A DNA stretch of 64,000 bases from Xylographa opegraphella (GCA_022813865.1 JALDZX010000009.1:310001-374000); one strand, 5' to 3'. Counted from the first letter of the stretch, positions 24,115 to 36,972 are shown. Made by a program: numbers and translations. Notes: a model not told the origin generated them from the letters alone.

Positions 24115-25587
24115 ATGAGCGACCCCGGCTCCACGCCCGTCTTCGACGTCATCATCATCGGCGCCGGCATCTCGGGCATCGACACCGCGTACCGCGTGCA
24201 GACGGAGCTACCCTCGGCCTCGTACGCCGTGCTTGAAGCGCGCGCCGCCGTCGGCGGCACCTGGGACCTCTTCCGCTACCCGGGCATCCGCTCCGACTCG
24301 GACCTCTACACCTTCGGCTTCCCCTGGCGGCCGTGGACGCGGCGGAAGGTCATCGCGAGCGGCGAGGCCATCCGTGACTACATCCGCGAGTCGGCGGCGG
24401 CGGCGGGCATCGAGCCGCACATCCGCTGCGGGCACCGCGTCGTCGCGGCCGACTGGGCGGCCGAGCAGCAGGCGTGGCGGCTGCGTGTGGATGCGGGTGG
24501 CCCGAAGGAGGAGGTGCTGTGGGCCTGCTTCGTGGTACTGGGGACGGGGTACTATGATTACGCGCAGGCGCTGCCGAGCACGGTGCCTGGCATCGAGAGG
24601 TTCGCGGGGCAGGTGGTGCATCCGCAGTTCTGGCCCGAGGGGCTGGACTACGCGGGCAAGAAGGTGGTGGTGATCGGGAGCGGGGCCACGGCGGTGACGC
24701 TGCTGCCGGTGCTGGCGGAGAAGGCTGAGCGGGTAACGATGCTGCAGCGCAGTCCCGGGTATATCGTGTCGGTGCCGTCGGTGGACCGGTCGGCGCAGTG
24801 GCTCGGCCGCTTCCTGCCCGCGTGGCTGACGTACAGCCTCATCCGGCTCAAGTACCTGGTGATGCCGACGCTATTCTTCAAGTTCTGCAGGAGCTTCCCG
24901 AACGCGGCGCGGAAGGTGATGCGCAAGGGCACCGTGGAGCTGCTGCCCAAGCACGTGCCGCACGACCCCAACTTCGAGCCAAAGTACAATCCGTGGGAGC
25001 AGCGCCTGTGCGTCAGCCCGGACGGGGACTTCTTCAAGTCCTTGCACAGCGGCAAATCGGACGTCGTGACCGGCGTCATCGAAACGGTGACGGAGACGGG
25101 CATCCGCATGGAATCGGGCCGCTCGCTCGACGCCGACATCATCATCACGGCCACCGGGCTGAAGCTCCAGGTCGGGGGCGGGGCGCACATCTCGGTCGAC
25201 GGCGAACGCGTCGAGATGACGGACAAGTTCATCTGGCACAACCTGATGCTGCAGGACGTGCCCAACCTGGCCACGATCGTCGGCTACACAAACGCTTCGT
25301 GGACACTGGGTGCCGATTCCGCAGCCCTCCACATCTGTCGGTTGCTCAAGTACATGCAGGCCAACAAGATCACCTCGGCCGTGCCGCGCATGAAGGATCC
25401 GTCCAGCGTCAAGGCCGTACCTCTGCTGAACCTCAATTCGACTTACGTCGAGAGGGGCAAGGGTGCGCTGCCGAAGGCTGGAGATAGGGCGCCTTGGAAA
25501 CCGCGGTCGACATACTTGCGCGATATGTGGGACGTCCGTTTTGGAAATCTCAGTAACGGGTTGCAGTTCTCTAGGGTGTCCGGGTGA
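24115..25587 (+). CDS. EthA-like FAD/NADPH Baeyer-Villiger-type monooxygenase, intronless
   Basis: GAGISG, GGTWDLFRYPGIRSDSD, FAGQVVHPQFWP, GSGATA, YNPWEQRLC, ATGL and GYTNASWTL. Single open frame from MSDPGST. Confidence 0.92.
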   Translation: MSDPGSTPVFDVIIIGAGISGIDTAYRVQTELPSASYAVLEARAAVGGTWDLFRYPGIRSDSDLYTFGFPWRPWTRRKVIASGEAIRDYIRESAAAAGIEPHIRCGHRVVAADWAAEQQAWRLRVDAGGPKEEVLWACFVVLGTGYYDYAQALPSTVPGIERFAGQVVHPQFWPEGLDYAGKKVVVIGSGATAVTLLPVLAEKAERVTMLQRSPGYIVSVPSVDRSAQWLGRFLPAWLTYSLIRLKYLVMPTLFFKFCRSFPNAARKVMRKGTVELLPKHVPHDPNFEPKYNPWEQRLCVSPDGDFFKSLHSGKSDVVTGVIETVTETGIRMESGRSLDADIIITATGLKLQVGGGAHISVDGERVEMTDKFIWHNLMLQDVPNLATIVGYTNASWTLGADSAALHICRLLKYMQANKITSAVPRMKDPSSVKAVPLLNLNSTYVERGKGALPKAGDRAPWKPRSTYLRDMWDVRFGNLSNGLQFSRVSG

Positions 25588-26872
25588 TCAGAACCCTGGT
25601 ACAGTTCGAACTGACCTCTGGCAATGTTGAGAGTGCCAGTGATAGGGCCGCGAGACAGTAGCTCTAGAATTCTGCCCTTATTACGCACTTGATTACCGCT
25701 CTGACCTCTAACTCTCGAGATCGGTAGTCGTTGAGCCTCGGACATTGAGTTTACAATATGCTTATAATGCTATCAAATAGATTAGCTGAAGCCTGGGATC
25801 CGGTATCTTCATGTAAGCAGGAATTAGAGAAGAAAAAAATATAGAATGTCCATAGCCAATCACAACATCGTCATGCGAACAGTAAGCTCTCCTTCTAACA
25901 ATAGAGCTTTCCAGCTGTATTAAAAGGTTCATGAAGTTGTACCTTGTGTTGCATATAGCTAATGAAAGTGGTGGTTGTCTGAACAAGGTTCTTGAATAAG
26001 CACTGTAATTACATGTGGCAGAGACTCAGATACTATAAATGCTAGGGTCCGGTCCGCCTGCAGTAAGATCTCGTAAGCCTCTATGATACTCGTTTGCATT
26101 GGCTATAATCACGTCCCTGGTATTGAGGGCAAAGTCTATTCTGTATGCCATATGCTTTCATTCACAAAGTCCCGCGGACAATACGTACACTAGACGTAAG
26201 AAATACGTGAGATACTTAGAACATATGAGGCCATGAGGCGCTGGCCATTTATGGGACACAGTAGCCGTATACCCAACATGTGCCTCGACAGAAAGGCAAT
26301 TCAACACGTGTGAAAGAGGAGTACAGGCGTTACGTTTCGTGACGATAGCAAGCAGTACCGGAAAGATCTCAACTCACCACTTACCACGATAAGACAGCTT
26401 GCGGACGGCCTATATCATTTCGGTAAAATCGAGTACACCAAGCTATCTCGAGAGCGTGCAATGTTAGTGGTCAAGTTGTCAAGTAGTTCACAGTCTCTCA
26501 TCCTGTATAAGCTTAATCTAAGGTGATACCATCGTTTGCCCGTTCGGGATACCTATCGGAGCCTTGATACTTCGGAGCGGCCATGTTCACTCGAGCACTT
26601 TGGCTGGCATTTGGGCCTCTATTGGGCTGTCAGTAAACTTCCCCATGCGTATTGTTACGAATTTCACTGGTTGGTCGATGCATTATTCCAGTTAAGTGTG
26701 TGACTCGAAGATTATCCATACCTGGTTCGTTCATAAGTTCTTCACAGAAACATCTTGGCATTGATCTTGTGATGCAGGAGATCGATGTCTTTGAGGTTGG
26801 TTTCAAATATTTCAGCAAAACAATTCGTTGTGGCTGAGCCTCTTGCAGCAGGTGGTGAAGGTTTTTGTTCCC

Positions 26873-29800
26873 CTACACCTGGATCGTCAGGTCTGGTGTT
26901 GAAGAGGCACGGGTCAATGTTATCGGTCCAGTCCTACAAACAATTAGCATAATCGTCGTCTCCACTATTGGGGAATTCCACCAATGCTGTTCGGTTGTAG
27001 TCTCGGATGAAGCAATAGGTTGAGATAAGGACCGCTGCCTCTCTTTACTATCTCTAGCAGTCTTGATCGAAGCAAAACGCCAACTCATCTCCGGAGGAAC
27101 ACTGTACCAAGGAGCAGGTGGCGTTGTATATGATTCGATGTTCAATTCTTTGATAGGAGGGAGGTTCTGTCCTCTGACCATGCTGTTTTCTATCAGGAGA
27201 TTCATAATGTCTTGATGGCCAAGTCCGAAGGCATAGTCTACCGCATTATTCCCTAGACGATCCTGTGTTTCGAGCTTCGCACCCTTTTCAAGCAATAACT
27301 GCACAGTGTTTTTGCGGTCCTGAGTGAAGGAACCCCTTTGGTTTATTGCAAGCATAAGAGGGGTTCTTCCTGCAAAATCTCGCGCCTCCAAATCACCATT
27401 TATTAGGATCAGCACCCGTGCTATAGATTCGTAACCTCGGGACGCAGCCATTACAAGGCAAGTATCTCTATCAGTCCAGAACTCCGGTAATTCAGTATCA
27501 ACCAGCAAGGCCACAACTGCTTCCAAGTGATTGCCAGCTGTTGCCAGGAACAACGGCGTGGCACCTGTTGTAGACTCGACGACACGATTTGCGCCGCGGT
27601 CGCACAATAGTTTTACAACTATTTCGTGCCCTTCAGAAGCCGCACAATGTAACGGCGTCTCCCCAATGCGGCCCATTTCGTCGCCCTTTGCCTCAATATC
27701 AGCTCCATGGTCTAATAGCAATGTCGCAACATCAGTACAGCCGTTTCTCGCTGCAACGTGCAACGCAGTGGTCCCGCTCCCATTGGATTTTCCCAAGCTT
27801 GACCCACTGTCTAAATAAGTAGACACTATCTGTGGGAGATTGTAGCACGTAGCCAGGAACAAGCCTGGAACTTCGTACTGAAAAGCCGTGCGAATGGACC
27901 GGAAGGCTTTAGGTAACGGTTCCCTTCGGCCCTTTGGCCAGACATGTCCGTCCTCTGGCCACAAGACCATAATCAACATGTCAATATTGGTTTCTCGTTG
28001 AAAGAAACCAATAATCAGATCTCTCAATTCCATCTCCGGCTGACCTCTTGCATGTGCTCCCCAGTTGCGCGCAGCGTAAAACGCAAACGGAGATTCTTGG
28101 AAGAAAGATATTGATTCAGGTTGTGAGTCTGACTCATGAGTAGCGAGCAGGCTCTGGTCCTTATAAGCTGAAGAGAAATCATGAGCCGAAGCAGCCAGCG
28201 AGAGGTATATGAGCGAGGACTGGGCGATTTCGAGCGAGGCCTCCCCAAACCACTTTTCACCATTGCGCTCGAAGTATCTCTGTGTCGTATAGTGTACAAG
28301 GCGTATGACACCACTTTCTACGTCAATGTCAACCAGACCGGCGCAAACGGACACTAAATCATCCTCGTAAGGTAATGCCTCTTCATCCAATTCTGTTGCG
28401 CCGGGCACACTAGCCAGAGCGTATTGAAGTTCCCGAACTTGCAACGATGTAAAAGCTTTTGAGATCCATGTCAAGACTTTTGTGGCAAGTCTCACATCTT
28501 CGGCATCTTGTTGGTGGATCCTTCGCATAGCTTCATCGTATGTATTGTCAAGGGTGGCCGGAAGATGATTCAGGGCTTCTCGAACGTCTTTCTTGCTGGA
28601 CTTCTTCGCTAGGAAATCCATGTGCAATTGAGACAGCAGAAACATCCCCTGGGCGCTTTCAACCAATGTCTCCACGATTTTGGTAGACAAAGTATGATCC
28701 CCTCGTACGTGTCTAGCCATCCGTCTTTCATTGGTCATCCGCGCCTCGACATATTTTCTAACATCTTCATCACTAGCCCGCACCTCGAGACGAGCCGAAA
28801 ACTTGAAATCATGCTCGACCACGGACAAGTATCTGGATGTTACCATAAGTTGTGCCCCAGACTTGACAAGCTCCTCAAGAAATGTATATCGAATAGTTTC
28901 CAGGCACTCATCTAGAGCGTCAATAACGAAGAACACTTTGTGTAGCTGTTGAATCTCGCCGTGCAGAAGACTGGCCAATTCACCTAGTTGAGGTTTGGCT
29001 CGTGTCAACTTCATTTTGTCATAAAGCGTGACAATATCATCGGAAAACCGATTCTGTCGCTGAATTAGTTGTAATAGAAAATTCCCGATAAGCCCGACCG
29101 TCGTATGGTTCTCATGTTCCTTGTAGCTACAGTAGATATAACAAACACGAACATCTGGGTCATTATGAAACTCGTTCTCGAGATGCTCAATGACAATGGA
29201 TGCAAGGACGGTTTTCCCGGCGCCTGGTATACCGGGACACCAGATTGTTCGTATATTACTGTTCTGAGTCCAGCTTCTGAACTCCGGCATATCCAGCAAC
29301 CATTTACCAGTACCTTCTTGTCGTCGACTGAGGACGTCTGATTGCTTGGTCGAGAACTCATAGGGTGACAGCCAGCTGCATATGGCATTTCGAGTCTGCT
29401 TCTCCTGACCAGCCTGGACGTCATCGATTCTGCCTAGGACTTCCTTAACACTATGCTGTATTGTTTCATTTTGGCCTTTGATATGTAATGATAACTCGAA
29501 GTTGTCCTTTTGTAAAGCTAGGCTTACCAGTGTTTTGGTACGTTCAATCTTTACTAGGATAGCATTTATTTGCTTTTCTTCAAAAGGCCAACCAAATGCT
29601 GTCCTTACGGTATTCCTTGGACGAAGCTTACGAGCTATATCCTCAAGATCTTGCTTGAATATTCCTAAAGGGCTCTCAAGTGAGCGGACACCTGCGAACC
29701 ACGCACTTGACTCATCATTTTCTTCAACTCGGTATCGCAGATCCGTGAGAAGCATCAGAAGGCTAGATGCCTCCCGAGCCAATCTCGCTCTCTGTTTAGG

Positions 29801-29899
29801 TGCATCCTTGACCTCGTTTATATACTGGATAGTCTGTACAGTGACATCTATCAACTGTAGAAGCGATGCGACTAGTCCGATAACAGAGACAGGGTCCAT
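26873..29899 (-). CDS. Fungal NLR: HeLo-like/SesA-type N-terminal domain + NACHT + ankyrin repeats
   Basis: MDPVSVIGLVASLLQL N-terminus, RRQEGTGKWLL, P-loop GIPGAGKT, Walker B VIDALDEC, GMFLL and RLVHYTTQ. Ankyrin repeats GTTALHVAARNG, GETPLHCAASEG, GATPLFLA and GRTPLMLA. Confidence 0.92.
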   Translation of the reverse strand: MDPVSVIGLVASLLQLIDVTVQTIQYINEVKDAPKQRARLAREASSLLMLLTDLRYRVEENDESSAWFAGVRSLESPLGIFKQDLEDIARKLRPRNTVRTAFGWPFEEKQINAILVKIERTKTLVSLALQKDNFELSLHIKGQNETIQHSVKEVLGRIDDVQAGQEKQTRNAICSWLSPYEFSTKQSDVLSRRQEGTGKWLLDMPEFRSWTQNSNIRTIWCPGIPGAGKTVLASIVIEHLENEFHNDPDVRVCYIYCSYKEHENHTTVGLIGNFLLQLIQRQNRFSDDIVTLYDKMKLTRAKPQLGELASLLHGEIQQLHKVFFVIDALDECLETIRYTFLEELVKSGAQLMVTSRYLSVVEHDFKFSARLEVRASDEDVRKYVEARMTNERRMARHVRGDHTLSTKIVETLVESAQGMFLLSQLHMDFLAKKSSKKDVREALNHLPATLDNTYDEAMRRIHQQDAEDVRLATKVLTWISKAFTSLQVRELQYALASVPGATELDEEALPYEDDLVSVCAGLVDIDVESGVIRLVHYTTQRYFERNGEKWFGEASLEIAQSSLIYLSLAASAHDFSSAYKDQSLLATHESDSQPESISFFQESPFAFYAARNWGAHARGQPEMELRDLIIGFFQRETNIDMLIMVLWPEDGHVWPKGRREPLPKAFRSIRTAFQYEVPGLFLATCYNLPQIVSTYLDSGSSLGKSNGSGTTALHVAARNGCTDVATLLLDHGADIEAKGDEMGRIGETPLHCAASEGHEIVVKLLCDRGANRVVESTTGATPLFLATAGNHLEAVVALLVDTELPEFWTDRDTCLVMAASRGYESIARVLILINGDLEARDFAGRTPLMLAINQRGSFTQDRKNTVQLLLEKGAKLETQDRLGNNAVDYAFGLGHQDIMNLLIENSMVRGQNLPPIKELNIESYTTPPAPWYSVPPEMSWRFASIKTARDSKERQRSLSQPIASSETTTEQHWWNSPIVETTIMLIVCRTGPITLTRASSTPDLTIQV

Positions 29900-30245
29900 A
29901 CAGTCCGCAGTTGCTGCTGCTAAACACAAGGAAATAGTTGAGAAGACATGTGCGACACACCATGCAAACTTCTATCCGGTAACAGGAAATCACAGTCTAC
30001 ATATGAGCAAAAGAATAAAAAGGCAACATAAGGAGGATGATAGTGAGCTCCAAGCTAGGATCCGTAATGGCTTCGGCACGGACCACGCTAGAACTAACCC
30101 TTGAACTGCCAAGGCATTTCCGATGCAGCAGCTCACAGTCCGAAAGGCCCCTTCTGATCAGGCAAAACCTCCACAATCCTTCCAATCGTGCATTCACTCG
30201 AACAGCCAGCACTCATTTCGCAGGACGAATCACGCTCTTTATACC

Positions 30246-31104
<859 letters not shown>

Positions 31105-31344
31105 GGGGAGGAGTTCTGTCCACGAGTTTCAGAAGATACCACTTGTCGCCTAATTAGGCTCATATACTGAGAAAAAGACTGGTCATAATGCTGTAGAAGC
31201 TATCTTCACTGAATGTCTATCGATTGAATATTTCAATTTCTGAAAGAGAGCCCGAGCTCACCACTCCCTCAGTCACAGATATTCTTCGAGATCAATTCGG
31301 ATATTTCGATAATTTAACTGTTTACACGCAGCTTTCGTCGGACC

Positions 31345-32606
31345 TTACATGTTCCTGCCACCCGTCACCATGATTGTTTGCCCGTCCACATAACTGAAGA
31401 GCGGGCTCGCTACCGCTAAAATCACACTCGCGGCCTCCGTCGCCGTACCTGGCCTCCGCAACGGAATATCAGCGTGTGCATCCCCACCCTTTGCCGCGGT
31501 CTGCGCTTTTGGAATCCCAAGAGCGACCTTGGAGCCGTCCGGTGTTGTCGCGAATGCCCCTTCTTCCTTGGCGGCCGTGAGTCGAGTGAGGATGTGTCCA
31601 AACGCAACACTGTGCCCGGTGAGTCGGTGCAACAAGCTTCTCGAGACATTGCCTAAGCTGGAGGACTTACGTGTTCGCTCTTACACCAAACTGTGGACCC
31701 CATTCCTAGCATCGTCAGTGGCAGTACCAATTCGAGGCGCTTACACCATCAACATACCTTTGCGATAACTTTCGAGAGACCGACCACTCCCGCTTTGGCC
31801 AGGCCATAATTCGCCTGGCCTCTACAACCACTTCAGTATCTCTGCCAGTATTCTCAGGAGTCGTACTAAGACTCACGCATTGCCGTTCACCCCGCTGGTG
31901 CTGCTTATATTGATGATATTCCGTGGCTCTCCGTCCTTCACCCGGAAGTAGGGCGCGGCCGCCCGCACGAGCTTGAAAGGTGCGGTATTGTGAAGCGCGA
32001 TGATGGTATCCCATTGCTTGTCGGTCATCTAACCTCGCAGACCGAGTCAGCGACACACTTGGGAACACGGATTGACCCAACCATTACCACTGTCCGAAGA
32101 GCGCCTTTTCTCCCGGGCCAGCTCTACCGTGGAGAAACCGAGGATTTATACCTTGTGAATGACCCCATCCCACGTAAAGCCCGCATTATTGACAATAATA
32201 TGAATCTTCCCCTGCCCAAACTCCGCCGCCCGCTTCACCAGCTCATCGATGTATGCCGCATCCAGCATATCACCCGGAACAGCGACCGCCTGACCGCCAC
32301 TCTCGTTGATCGCTTTCGCGACCGCCTCGGCCTTAGCTACCGGATCGCAACAAGTCTCAGCCCTGGTGCCCAATATATTCCCAGCACCTTTCGAAGGCTT
32401 TGGACCGCCGTTCTTGGTGGCCAGCAGAGGAGCTCACCGGCATCTATATCTTGCACGACGACCTTTGCGCCCTCGTTCGCGAACAGCCGCGCTGCTTCCG
32501 CCCCTATGCCTTGCCCGGAGCCTGTGATGATGGCGACTTGCCCGGCGAGCATGCCGCGCGGGAAGTTGAGGTGCCCGGCGATCTGGGCGGCGCGCTGGGA
32601 CGCCAT
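31345..32606 (-). CDS. Short-chain dehydrogenase/reductase (3-oxoacyl-ACP reductase-like)
   Basis: TGSGQGIG, VNNAGFTWD, NISSTSG and catalytic NYGLAK. Five GT-AG introns give a continuous frame ending VTGGRNM. Confidence 0.9.
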
Positions 32607-33180
32607 TGTGGATGGCCGGTCGGCGGGGCGAGGATGTTAAAGCGGAAACAGTGAGTTAATAGGTAGAGGATAAGATCAACAAACTGAATAGTTGTAGGTA
32701 ATGGCTGGTACCGGTTGATGATCGAGCTTTCCCCAGATTTCGTAGAAGTGCTCCGAGGGCCGAGGTCCGTTCGGGAGGGGAGTTGTGGGGAAGAACTTCA
32801 TTGGCTGGGAGCTACCAGCTTCGAAAGTTGTTCGAAAGAGGGATTTTCTGGATATCGCTTCGCTGATGAGATGAGTATTGCTAATTATTCAGGGATTCCT
32901 TGGGAACAGGTGAGTGACTAGTGATTGATTATCGGGTACTTAGATACTGCATCTATTAGATTTTTATATATCCTACTCAAATCGATATACAATTGTGACA
33001 GAATTCTAAACTTCGTAGATGAGTGTGAACTCCGAGGACACCCAACGCAACCTCGAGAATATTCGATGCAATTCTCAATGTCAGGATTTTGAATGGTAGA
33101 AATCGACCACGGCCTGGTATCACCAGAACCGAAAAGACATGAATCTTAGGAAGGAGACCTCCCACTGATAACGAAAATGC

Positions 33181-34517
33181 CTAGACAATGGCCCTTTCCA
33201 ATGCATTCCGGCACACATCCTGTGGCACAGGCACCATATGGTCGCACTCACAGCGACACCCAAACGTCGCCGGCGGCGCATACGGGCAAGCTTGAAACTG
33301 CCCATGTATATACCCTACATCTGAAAAACGATGCGTCTGCTCCGGCTTCAGTAGCAGCGCCACGGCTAGTGAATGGATAGCCGCGTCCCCCCACTGCCTT
33401 CGTCAGTGTACTTCCCAAGAGACAATGCACGATCATGACGCACCCGTTCGTAATGGAATCCTCCCGTTTCGTCCAGCGCCTGGAAAAAATCCCGATACTC
33501 GTGGCTTCGGAACCAGTCCATGTCCGCAATTTCAAAGTTGCTCCAATAGTGACAGAAATTCCAGGCGTCGCCGTGGGAGTCCCGGCCGGGGAGATAGCGC
33601 AGGAAGGGACGAATTGGTAAAGGAGCCCACGAGGGGTCGACGAAGGACTTCCAGAGGGGGCTTGAGGGTATACCTCGTAAAAGCTTATAGGTGGCAACAT
33701 GGCTGAAGAGGCTGGGAACGGTGTTACCGAGTTCCCAGAGGCCCATCACCCAGCCATATACCTTGTTAGCCTTTTGCATGGCGAGAAAAGGATCGCTGTT
33801 CTCGATAAGAATAATCCAATTTAAGGATTGTTATAACTTACTATGTAATAGCACAAGTAAAACGTACATCTGGTTCCACCCGCCAGTACCACTTGTAGGG
33901 CTTCAAAGCCTCATGGTCGAAGAATTTACTAAGTCCGTTAGTGGAGATTTCCCCTTGTACACGATAGGCTTGCTATACCCGGAGTAAAACCGGCACATAT
34001 GATGATAGTTCTCCAGTCCCGCATACTTGATCCCCATTTTTTCCTGCTCGGCCATACGTGTTCTGGCCTTTTCAGTGTCCACCCAGTCCGGGAAACCCCA
34101 CATATTAGAGCTATTGGAAATTGTTTCAAACTGTACCTGCCCGCTGACGACCCGTGTCAAGGAATCCACGAAATGCTGATCGAATGGTTGGTCATTGAGG
34201 AAAATGACTGGGTAGTGGAACCAGCCGTTGAATTGTTTCTCGAGCGATGCGATCGATTGAACCGCTCCGTTGACTTCGCTATTCCGTGCCAGCATAACTA
34301 TCGCAGCATTGGCACGCGGACCAGCGATATCTGGCTCGACGCATTCTGTGGCGAAGGGCTGATCTAGAAGAACAGGGGCTTTTGGAATACGGTAGCTGTA
34401 AATATGCAAGAAATGCTCAACTGAAAGAGCTAAAATAATCACAATGGCAATATAAGACGAGAGCGCGCGCCGAAAGATGTAACGATTTAAACGCCTCGAT
34501 TGGTTAAACATGATCAT
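33181..34517 (-). CDS. GT15 (KRE2/KTR family) alpha-1,2-mannosyltransferase
   Basis: N-terminal TM, MLARNSE, YHHMCRFYSG, WYWRVEPD, CHYWSNFEI and ERWGDA. Three GT-AG introns. Confidence 0.92.
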
Positions 34518-35120
34518 ACTTCTTAGCACCTCGCATCTCTGCAAAGCAATAATGGCTCAGAGGGGGCAGTATGAGATTACAAATGGTGGTTTTGCCAGGA
34601 GGAATAGGAGGCTTGGTACGCTGACGACGCCTCTTCCTTCGCATCCTGCAACGCCGTTTCGCGGTATTTGGCGATCGAAGCGCGCAGCCCAAACGAAGCT
34701 CAACGGTCTCCTTGCATTCTGGTGAGACGATTTACTCTGATATGTATCTCCAGATGATGCACTTAATTGTTGTAGTGCTGTAGATCTGCAGAGCTGTTAT
34801 GTACAAGCCAGTGGCCGCTCACACGAATCATGGTTTTTAGAGACGCAGGTGTAAGCGTAAGTAGTAGTTTCTCTGACAAAATGCCAGATGAAGGTAATTT
34901 CTTCAGCGATTGAAGCTCCTTCCTTCATCGGATAGTCCATAGCAACTGCCCATACTTTACATGGCAGGCACGGCAGGGTAATTTGTACCCCGCCATGGTG
35001 ATGCTTTTCCCTCCGAACGCCAAGATTTTGCGCCGATAGCGGCAAATTACGTCTGACTTTTGAACATCTCGCACGCAGCTGTGTCGAAGCCTTGGAATTG
35101 AAAGGCAAGAGGATTGGATT

Positions 35121-36972
35121 ATGGCAACTGTTGTTCTGGGATCCCAAGTAAGCCATCTCCGTTATCATGTCTCAATTGGCCAGAGCGCAATTCTAAAGAG
35201 TGGTTAGTGGGGAGACGGTATGAATCGCAACACCAGATTTCTCGAGACACTCTAACAAGAAGAATTTAGAGGGCAAGGGGAAGCTGGTATGTCATTGTCT
35301 CCTCGTACTTGGTAGAGGCTAATCGCGCATAGATCGATATTCTCTCCAGCAAAGCACAGCTCTGCGCTCGTGCTCAGTAAGTAACCACAACCAAACGCTC
35401 CAACCATTGACTAACTCAATGGTGTCTCAGGGGAGGGAACAATGCTGGCCACGTATGGAAGCCCCAGATGATTGAATAAATCTCCACTGACCTTGGCTAG
35501 ACCATTGTTGCGAACGGCAAGACCCTTCACTATCATATAATACCAAGCGGGCTTGGGCTTGGGAATAAGAGATGCCAGAACCTAATCGGATCTGGTACTG
35601 TTGTCCATATACCCTCGTTTTTCGAGGAGCTCGAGGCATTACAGAAACATGGAGTAGATACCAATGACAGGATATTCATCAGTGACAGGGCGCACGTTGT
35701 CCTTGATCTGCACCAGCGCGTGGATGGTCTAGAAGAGGCAGAGTTGGAGGGCGGAGGATTGATGAAGATAGGAACCACAAAGAAGGGCATTGATAAGTGT
35801 GGCCATGCCGAAGGAGATCTACCCTGCTAATTCGGATTTCACGCCCAACTTATTCCACTAAAATGACAAGATCTGGCATTCGAGTAGCGGACGTATTTGA
35901 CCAAGAGCTTTTCGAATCAAAGGTACGCCGACTGGCGTCTGGTTTCAAGAAACGGTATGGCGACCTCCTCGAGTACGATGTCGAAGCCGAAATCAAAAGC
36001 TTTCGCGATTACCGTGAAAGGCTTCAGCCATATGTGATAGACCAAATACCTCTTATTCAATCCGCCAAAGAACAGAAAGCCAACATACTGATAGAAGGAG
36101 CGAATGCTATAATGTTAGACATAGGTATTTGTACACAATTTCTGAAGACAATGTCAAAACTCATTAAGGATAGACATGGGAACTTACCCTTACTGTACTT
36201 CGAGTAATACTGGACTAGGCGGCGTTCTAACTGGTCTTACTATTGGTTGGCGATCAATCAAAGAAGTCATCGGAGTGGTAAAGGCGTTTACCACACGTGT
36301 AGGGTCTGGGTAAGTAACATAGTTTCCGGTATGGCTCCCCTTGAGCTTACGCTTCTTCCTTAGGCCTTTCCCAACCGAACAACTGAACGAGATCGGCGAG
36401 AAACTACAGTTCATAGGCAAAGAGTTCGGTGTAACAACAGGAAGGAAGCGAAGAACGGGCTGGTTCGATGCCGTAGTCGTACGGTAAGTCGAACCCTTTA
36501 CAGCAGTCTACCAACGGAACGACATGCTGATCTGTACAGGTATTCCCATGTCTGCAATGACTATACTTCCCTCAACCTTACCAAACTCGAGTACGTCCTT
36601 CCCCAGCTGGATGACGAGCACATCATATGCTAACTATATGGAAGTGTCCTTGATGATTTTGAGGAAATCAAAGTTGCCACGGCCTACACGTATCAAGGCC
36701 AGACTCTCGAGTCATTTCCGGCGAGTACGGAGATTCTTGAGAATGTCGAAGTCGTATATGAGACGTTAGCTGGCTGGAAGCAGCCAACGACGAGTGTCAA
36801 GACCTTTGAAGAGCTGCCGCTCAATGCCAGGAAGTACGTGGAATGGATAGAGTTGTTTGTGGGAGTGCCGATCACTCACATCGGAACGGGTAGGCACACT
36901 TGTCGGCATTTGGGAACGCCTGCTAACTATGCACCACCAGGGCCTGACCGAGAGAGTATGATCTTCCGGTAA
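35121..36972 (+). CDS. ADE12: Adenylosuccinate synthetase, 12 exons
   Basis: Spliced translation gives [80 protein letters not shown] and IGTGPDR. Ten GT-AG introns plus one AT-AC intron. Confidence 0.96.
35793..35842 (+). other. Non-canonical AT-AC intron (50 nt) with U2-type signals
   Basis: ...GGC ATT G|ataagt...gctaat...tttcac|GC CCA ACT TAT. Removal restores GIGPTYSTK. Retention reaches an in-frame TAA at 35828-35830. Confidence 0.9.

Noticed and set aside
24208..25487. Long overlapping and antisense ORFs within GC-rich genes (also 48130-48598 and 60774-61627)
   Set aside because: Expected shadow ORFs from high GC3 codon usage.
11300..30000. Starship-type giant transposon explaining the accessory block
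   Set aside because: No DUF3435 tyrosine-recombinase 'captain' or boundary repeats recognised.
35793..35842. U12 (minor spliceosome) interpretation of the AT-AC intron
   Set aside because: The 5' end is ATAAGT rather than ATATCCT, and the branch site is GCTAAT rather than TCCTTAAC. The signals are U2-like.
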